The notes beneath the pieces are model-generated. The model searched no databases. It saw only the letters and a program-made list of their open reading frames with translations, and had not been told where the DNA came from. Below are positions 56,738 through 64,000 of a stretch of DNA of 64,000 nt, one piece after another; positions within the stretch are counted from its first letter, which is position 1; each line of letters opens with the position of its first letter. Made by a program: the position numbers and the translations under genes. This DNA comes from the human T2T-CHM13v2.0 reference genome, Homo sapiens: the NCBI RefSeq assembly GCF_009914755.1, contig NC_060929.1; one strand, written 5' to 3'.

Positions 56738-58107
56738 TTATATTATTTTCTCCTGAATTTTGATACCATAATGAATTTTTTCTTAGATTTCCTAATACCT
56801 AACTACGCTTCTTTTGTTGGAATAGATTTCACTTGGCCTTCTTTTTAATATTGAGAAGGTAAGGTTCAAGTGGTTAAATCACGATCTTCTGTCTTCAGTT
56901 ACTCCAGGGGAAGGAGGGCAGCAGGCAGATTCTACTGTGGAAGAAATAAGGTAGTTTATTTTATCTAATCTCTTTTGAGTATATTAATAATGCATCTCTC
57001 CACATTCAAACTAATTTGTTTTTGGTAGCAGAAAAGTCCTTATCTATTAAATGCTTTCACAGAATGTACCTGTCTAGCATGCTATGGCAAGTAAGCCTGG
57101 AATAAATGGATTATTGTGATTTAGTTCACTGAAGAATATCACATAAATTTTGCAACTATCTGATTCAAAGATGATATTTGATGGCTAATACACCTCACAA
57201 CTTGAAATCTTATTTATCCATCTAACCCAGACCATGTTTGATCTAGAAAGAAAAGACATTATATAACATCGTGCTAAATGCCCCAAATCTCTCCCAGCTC
57301 TGTCTGTGCCTCTTGAATGATTGTGTCTTTGAAACTATTAATGAAACTTGGTATTGAGTTACAGCTTTAATCATTTTATTCTGATTTGCTAACAATCTGA
57401 TCGTGTGTGTTATTACAGATTGATACTATGAGGATTGTTTTTCAGACCTATTATTCATAATATTAGGGTAAGGCACTATTGGGAAGAGAAAAAAAGGAGG
57501 GTTGGAAAAAACCCCAAGACGATAACCTCATACTTGGATCTTGTTGAATCATCTTTAATATGAAGTGGTGAAAATTTTGAGCCAGATTATAGTATATCAG
57601 TTTGACCAATGGAAATGGAAGGAAATGGACTTTGGATGGGAGGCACCTGGTTCATGAATTAACAGGGAGCACAGGCCAAAGGGAATTTAACAAAATTTTC
57701 TATTGACTTGCAGTTGCTTTCAGTGTAGTAAGATTCTTTCCTTTAGCATAAGAATTCAGAATTTTGTCAGAAGCTAAAAAACCATCCTTGAATCCATTGG
57801 GATCTTTTGACTTTTCATATTTATATAAGGATTTTATATAGAAATATTTTCTCAAAATATTTTAAAATTGTTGTGCCTTCTCAATTTTTCTCTTTCTTCA
57901 TCTTATTTTTCTCACCAGTTCTTGATTTATCCTCCATCTCTGTTATCTCCTAATTTTCATAATTTTATACATGTGCTACACTATTGTTAAAATTAATTTT
58001 ATGTGATATTTCAAGCCAATAAATAAACTCTAAATGTTGAGAACTGCCTCCTTCAGCTTATCCACTGACTTTTTAAATTGGAAAAATATCTGTTTTAGCT
58101 TTAGAAA

Positions 58108-58108
<1 letters not shown>

Positions 58109-58144
<36 letters not shown>

Positions 58145-58164
58145 TGTGTGTTTGTGTGTGTGTT
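58109..58164. repeat. (TG)n microsatellite with TT interruptions
   Basis: About 16 perfect TG units then tttg-interrupted units. Confidence 0.97.
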
Positions 58165-58384
58165 TGACATTGTATGGGTGTGGATGTTTCTTGGTTGTAC
58201 CTAAACACCTAAATTCCTTAAGAATGTTATTATTACTTATATAGATTTCATCAGTCTTTTGAGAATTTTAATTTTGCTAGTATACCTTCTTCTTATTAAA
58301 ACTAAGTGGCTACTGGGTCTCTCTGACAATTAACTTTTTTGATTGGCTCATTGTGACTCAGTTCATGTGGTGGGACAATTCTAA

Positions 58385-58575
58385 AGTTAAGGACTTGCCT
58401 CTTGGTTCAGTCCTGGACTTGACTACTTACTAACTCAGTAACCTTGCTTATATGGCTTAATCTCTATGTCAGATTTCTTATCCGTATAAAACAAAAAATA
58501 ATGATGTACATTATGTAAATTTGTTGTTTTACATATACATATTAAATTTATATAACAGCATATGGCACCTAGAAT
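58385..58575 (+). mobile_element. MIR fragment
   Basis: ggttcagtcctggacttgactacttactaact...ggcttaatctctatgtcagatttcttatccgtataaaa. Confidence 0.6.
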
Positions 58576-61454
58576 TTTTTTTTCATTTCATTGAAAGTAC
58601 AGATTAGTAGAAATGTTGGCAAAATAAAATGAAAAAATACTATATTATTAAAAGTAAGTTATGTCTCTGACAAGGTTGCAATTAATTCTAATTACTTTTT
58701 CCTCCTGCAATGAATTTGCCCATTTCCTATGAAGATATTTTACTTTTACAATCACATAAAAGGAAAAAGAAAATAGTTGGTATCAAAACACAAATTCACC
58801 ACTGTCCTATAAATAGCCTATTGTTACAAATACTATAATTGTATGCATATGAGAATTATTTCCTTATAAACATAAACCAATGTTGTTTATGTTTTTTTCT
58901 TTCAAACTTTTAGAAAGATTTAGGCATTACTAGTTATTTTGTATTCATATCTTTGAAATAACCTTGCCTGTCACGTTAGGTAAGGGAAGATATGCAGTCT
59001 CTGGGAGGTGACAAATTCTTCAACTTTGTTGCACTTTTTTTTAGCCTCAAAACAAAATTATGGAGTCAGTTCAGCTTAAATCATATATTTAGATTATGGT
59101 TTAACAATGTTAAACTTTGGCAATAAGAAGAATAATTATGATTGAATATTTGTAAAATGAGTGAATGAAATTAGACAATGAAGAAATCACATGCTGAGGC
59201 AAAGATTAGGCATTATTTCCTCTAAGACTTGCAGAATGCTCATCACCTCAGATATTTAGAGCTATTTCACATTATAAAACAGAAGTGGGGCTTTGTTATT
59301 TGGTTATATTGTTGTTTTTTTCTATTCTTTTTAGCTTAGACTATAATATCTTTAAAAAATAGTAATTTATGGAAGGTTTGGCCATTTTGGCCATTTAATA
59401 TGGTAATATTTCGGTTTTAAGCATACATGAAGAAAAGTGAGGTTTCTGTCTTTCAAAACAGTGGCTAATGACCACTGTTGGCAGGGCCTTATGACTCTTA
59501 ATGAAAACTGAATTAATTTTAAATTAATGGAAACACTATGTAGACTAACATTCCTGTATTTACTTTAGCTTGAATAATGTAATTAATTAGAAGGACTATC
59601 AGTTCCCAATAGCCTTCATTAAAATTATTTTATACCATCTATTTATCTACTATAAAACTACAAACATTTCTTTAATTATACTAAAATATAAGGCAAGTAT
59701 CAATGAAACAAGGAATATTTTCATTTTAAACTTATTTTTATATTTTTATGCTGGAAAGAAATTAAACTTCTTGCTGCTTCAAATGAATACAGAAAGTAAT
59801 ATAAAAGATGTCATTTTGCCAAAGTTCATAAAATAAACCTTAAGGAGTATATAAGGGGAAATTCTGTAGGTAGTGTGTTATTCTAACAGAAATATGAAGC
59901 CATCTCTGGCAAATATTTTAGTAGAAAATAGTAGGAACGTAAATATTTTTGGTTTCCAGTAGCTTAAAACTTGGAAAATGTATATCTGACAATTATAAAA
60001 CAAAATGTCGCTATACAGACATAATCAAATGTGATTAAAATGTCACTTTAATATCTGCAGTACTGAGTATAACAATCTGATCTTTTTTGTATATATTATG
60101 TAAAAAATATCTAAGGACAGTGCATTCATTCATTAACAGAAACACATTTCCAAGAGAACCCTGCCACCTTCTGTTCTTAATGTTTCCTACTATTTTCTTG
60201 CTTCAAAATCAAATCAGTAGAATACAATTGCTAATTTAAATACATCGTAGGAGTAATAGTTTAATCAAACACAAACAACAGCTTTATTCCTAGAGCACCA
60301 TTAACCTTTATTTCCCCATATTTATTAATTTAGACACGCAGAATAATGTTTATTAGCACATTTTTGTTTTTTTCAAGAAGTTCATATGTAGATTTTACAG
60401 GATACTTCTTAAGAGTGTGCATAAATATATCTTCCTCTTGTACTAAACTATTTCATATTTGATTTTCATCTAATGCTTTGCTTTTACTGTACGTGTAAGT
60501 TATGGCTGGAAGTAGAATTCTTAACACATAAAACAAAAATTTCAGAAAACTCTATTAGTACAAACTTAGAATCCAAAATAAAAATTAGATAAGATAGCAA
60601 ATGATTAAAGTTAGGATTAGGATTGTTTAAAACAGAAACCTCCACCTACTCTTTTTTAAGTGCTAGGTGGCATGTTTATTAACTTACTAAAACGTACGTC
60701 AAAAAAATACCTCGGGTCTATACTTATGGGCACATTATTAAGGAAGAAATACTATAACATGAAGTGATATGAAATTACTCCTATAAAGTAAAACAAGACC
60801 CAAACCCATTCCTGCAAAGATATTCATACTCTTGTAATTTTTTGACATTGTGATTTTGATATTTGAAAAGAAATCATTAAAATTGATGTTGACAGTGTTA
60901 GATACTCAGCTTCCATCCTCACATTATTGCCAAGACCATACAACATAAAGTTAGCTGCAGAACAAAAATGGCTTAATATACCAACTGTTTATTCCAGGAT
61001 AAAGGTAGTAAGGCCATTAACCCTTGATACACCCTGGAAATGTAATCCATATTTTTCTCAGAAAGTATTTTATGTTATATAGTTTTTTCCTAAATATTTT
61101 GAAAATGACATCATTTGGAAGGCTGTTTTGTCATAGGGACCAAATACTGTATATTTGGCTATCTGACAATCTCTTTTTCTGAATATGTAATAAAAATAGG
61201 CATATATTGACACCAATTGTATTTTTTATAGTATCCACACCATAATTGTGAATGTGCATGCTGAAATAATCTCTATGAATCAATTTCTTTACATGGTACT
61301 TTCTAGTTCCCACTCATTTGAAATGAAATGTTCTAAAGGACTCCTGAGAAAATGGTGTTGATGGAGACAAAAGAAGCCTGAAAGGGCTGTTGCATGGGTT
61401 AAACTTCATAATCATTGCTACTTAAGACTTTTAATAAAACTCTTAATAGGCATC

Positions 61455-61476
61455 TAATATGGTTTGGATGTGGTTT
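61455..61476 (+). mobile_element. First ~22 bp of an MST-type LTR, target of the ERV1 insertion
   Basis: taatatggtttggatgtggttt resembles an MST LTR start; very short. Confidence 0.45.
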
Positions 61477-61983
61477 TGAGGCAGAACAATAGGGAATTAG
61501 AGTAACTAAGGGTTAAGGCAGTATCAAAAAAACCACAGGTGCAGCTAGTTCTAAGCAAGATTAGGCAGTATACAGGCCACATCCTTTCCTGTAGTAACAA
61601 GACAGAAGTTTCCACTTTAGCCTCTGATTGACTGTGGGCCAGGCCTCTACTTTAGCATCTGATTGGTCACAGGCCAATCCTTCATAGGCTGTTACCAATT
61701 GGAGGCCTCTAAAGGGCACGTGGGGGGTGCTGCCAAGTTATTTTGGCTTTATAAAAACCCTGGGGAGCATTGCATTAGAGAGGCTCTGGAGGTGCTTGCT
61801 CAAGTCTGTTGCCACTCTGTGAATTGTACTTTCGCTTCTTCCATAAATCTGTGCCTTTATTACCCTGTTCTTCTGTTGCTTGTCTTTCATTGCTTCTTCT
61901 TTTTGTGCGGTTTTTTCAATTCTTTGTTCAACCCGCCCAGAATCTGAACAATTCTCAGTCAAGACCTTCTATCCGGTACTGCA
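61477..61983 (+). mobile_element. ERV1 5' LTR (MER84/MER61 group)
   Basis: tgaggcagaacaatagggaattag start; repeated ctgattg/ccaat boxes; tataaaa near 61750; directly followed by a PBS. Confidence 0.8.
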
Positions 61984-61986
61984 TTT

Positions 61987-62004
61987 TGGCAAGACAGCCA
62001 GGAG
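61987..62004 (+). promoter_or_regulatory. Primer binding site, tRNA-Arg(ACG)-like, followed by a splice-donor motif (ag|gtaag)
   Basis: TGGCAAGACAGCCAGGAG, two mismatches to TGGCGAGCCAGCCAGGAG. Confidence 0.8.
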
Positions 62005-62519
62005 GTAAGCCCAAATTTTGGGACTGCTTTATATTCCTTTTCTCATAGTGGGGCAAAGGACTCCTGTTTTAAGTATGAATTATTTTTTCATGAGAACCCA
62101 GAATTTTTGTTTGTTGACACATACCTCTGATTTCATTAATAGTTTAAGGTATATTGCGAGGTCCCTTGTTTAACGAGGGTTACAGGCTGAAGAAGCTTAT
62201 CTCACTTGGTCTGACGCAAAAAGCTGAGCGTTATATCCCAGCACTGAGGGAATCATAGTAGACCATTCGATTGCCTATGGTGGGAAAACATTCAAAACAG
62301 CACTGATACCCACTCTAAGGTCAGAGCTGCATGACACTTTAAGGTCAGAGACACTCTAAGTTCAGAGACGTCTGAAACAAATAGGCCCTCCTTGGGGCAG
62401 ACCACTATAGGTAACACCTTTCATAATCCTTTCATCTGTACAGCTTCTAAGACTGTCCCTCAAAAAGAAAATCCTAAGACTGAGCTGAACATTGTGGATG
62501 ACCCCTCCTATAAAGGCCA

Positions 62520-63668
62520 TTTGTCTCTCAGGAGGAACTACAGCTGCCCCGTATAACCTTTTGCCAAATGCTCCAACCATGTAAGGCGAGGCAGAAGAGG
62601 AAAAAATTACCCTAAGCCCATAACACACCCAAAATGTAACACTCTACTCAGCAGCTCCCCCAGTACAATTGCCTCTCAGGGAAATAGCAGGAGTAGAAGG
62701 GCCAGTTCAAGTGCAAGACCCATTTTCCATAACTGATAACCAACAATGTAAGGAAAAATTGGGAAGGTACTCTGAGGACCCTGGCAGGTTTGCAGACAGT
62801 TTCCAAACTTTGTCTCTGGCTTTTGATTTATCATGGAGATATGTCCAATTCATTTTGGCAACCTGTTTCACCTCTATGGAAAAGAAAAAGATTTTTGAGG
62901 CTGCCCCCCATGAGGTGGACCATATGTTTGTCCAAAACCCCAGGGCAATCACCTGGACCCAGACATGGTGCCCACCACCAACCCAAATTGGGTTTATAAT
63001 ACCCCTGTCTGAATGAACAAGTGAGCAGTTTCTTGAGGGACTCCTTGGAAGAATGAAAAAAGGGATAACCAAGGCCATAAATTATAACAATGTCAGGGAA
63101 GTCACACAAGGAAAGGAAGAAAATCCAGCTGTGTTTCATGGCAGGTGTATTTCATGGGAGGTTAGAAGAGGCCTTCAGGAAATATGTAAATTTATACCCT
63201 TCATCTCCCTAGGGTATGATGCTAATGACACAGCATTTTATCAGCCAGTCTTCCTAAGCATCAGGTGCAAACCCCCCAAATTGCAAATGGGACCACAAAG
63301 TAATCAAAATCAGCTTATTGATACAGCCTTTATAGTATATAAAAATTGTGACAAGGAGAAGGAAAAATGAGAACAGAGTTAAGAAAAATGGCAAGCCAAT
63401 ATTATGGCAGCTGTCATTTGCAATGCCCTGAATGCTCAAAGAGTGTCCAAGGGAAACCCAAAGGGCCATAAAGACAATGCCAGCAAAGGCTCTTGCTCCA
63501 AGTGCAAGAAAAATGAACACTGGGCAAAGGATTGCACTAAGTCCCTGCCAGCCTCCTTCCATCATTGTGAAGGGACCAGTCATGACCCCTGGCACTGGAG
63601 AATTGGCTTCCCCTACTCAGTCAGTCAAGACTCTAGCACTGCAAAAGGAGGAACTAGATGAAGACTGA
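62520..63668 (+). pseudogene. gag: ERV1 (gammaretrovirus-like) gag remnant
   Basis: PLREIAGVEGPVQVQDPFS...KEKLGRYSEDPGRF capsid; MHR-like VTQGKEENPAVF; CSKCKKNEHWAKDC zinc knuckle; ends ELDED*; frameshifted; start approximate. Confidence 0.9.
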
Positions 63669-64000
63669 AGGATCCTGGGGCCTTTCTCACTGCCGCTGTC
63701 CTGGAACATCACCATTACTACTGAGGACCCCTGGGTTACTGGTTGTAATGGGTACACAAATTGTTTCTTTTTGACACAGGAGTAAGTTACTTTGTCCTTA
63801 CTGCTTATGCAGGAAAACCCTCCATTAGGACCATGATTGTTATAGGAATGGAAGGGAAAGATAAAGTCAGGCATTTTGCCCCTCCTTTAACTGGCTAATT
63901 TGAAAAACAAATTTTCCAGTAGGAATTTCTAATAGTACCAAGCTGCCTGGTCCCCCTGTTTGGATGGGATACTATGATTAAAATAGGGGCACTGGAGTGA
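63669..64000 (+). pseudogene. pro: ERV1 protease remnant; provirus continues off the right edge
   Basis: tttctttttgacacaggagtaagttac = FLFDTGVSY active-site motif; later VPSCLVPLFGWD-like segment. Confidence 0.85.

Overview
Hominoid-primate (probably human) AT-rich, repeat-dense genomic DNA. I found no supportable host protein-coding gene, RNA gene or CRISPR array. It is a stack of nested transposable elements. These include the 5' half of a deleted HERV-H provirus (minus strand, 1-4492), a solo HERV-K(HML-2) LTR5 split by an L1PA, a two-LTR MSTA/THE1-type MaLR element, the 5' part of an ERV1 provirus with a tRNA-Arg PBS (61477-end), L1s of many ages, six Alus plus a fragment, and DNA-transposon relics. 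All long ORFs are retroelement remnants or chance ORFs in repeats. I do not see a new biological system. The unusual features are rearrangement scars: a 154-bp templated insertion with a snap-back junction inside an old L1, an old inverted duplication copying an LTR end together with its flank, an L1 insertion with target deletion instead of a TSD, a young tail-less Alu, and several deletion-fused elements. Subfamily names come from my recollection of consensus sequences and need RepeatMasker/Dfam confirmation. Boundaries of old elements are approximate.
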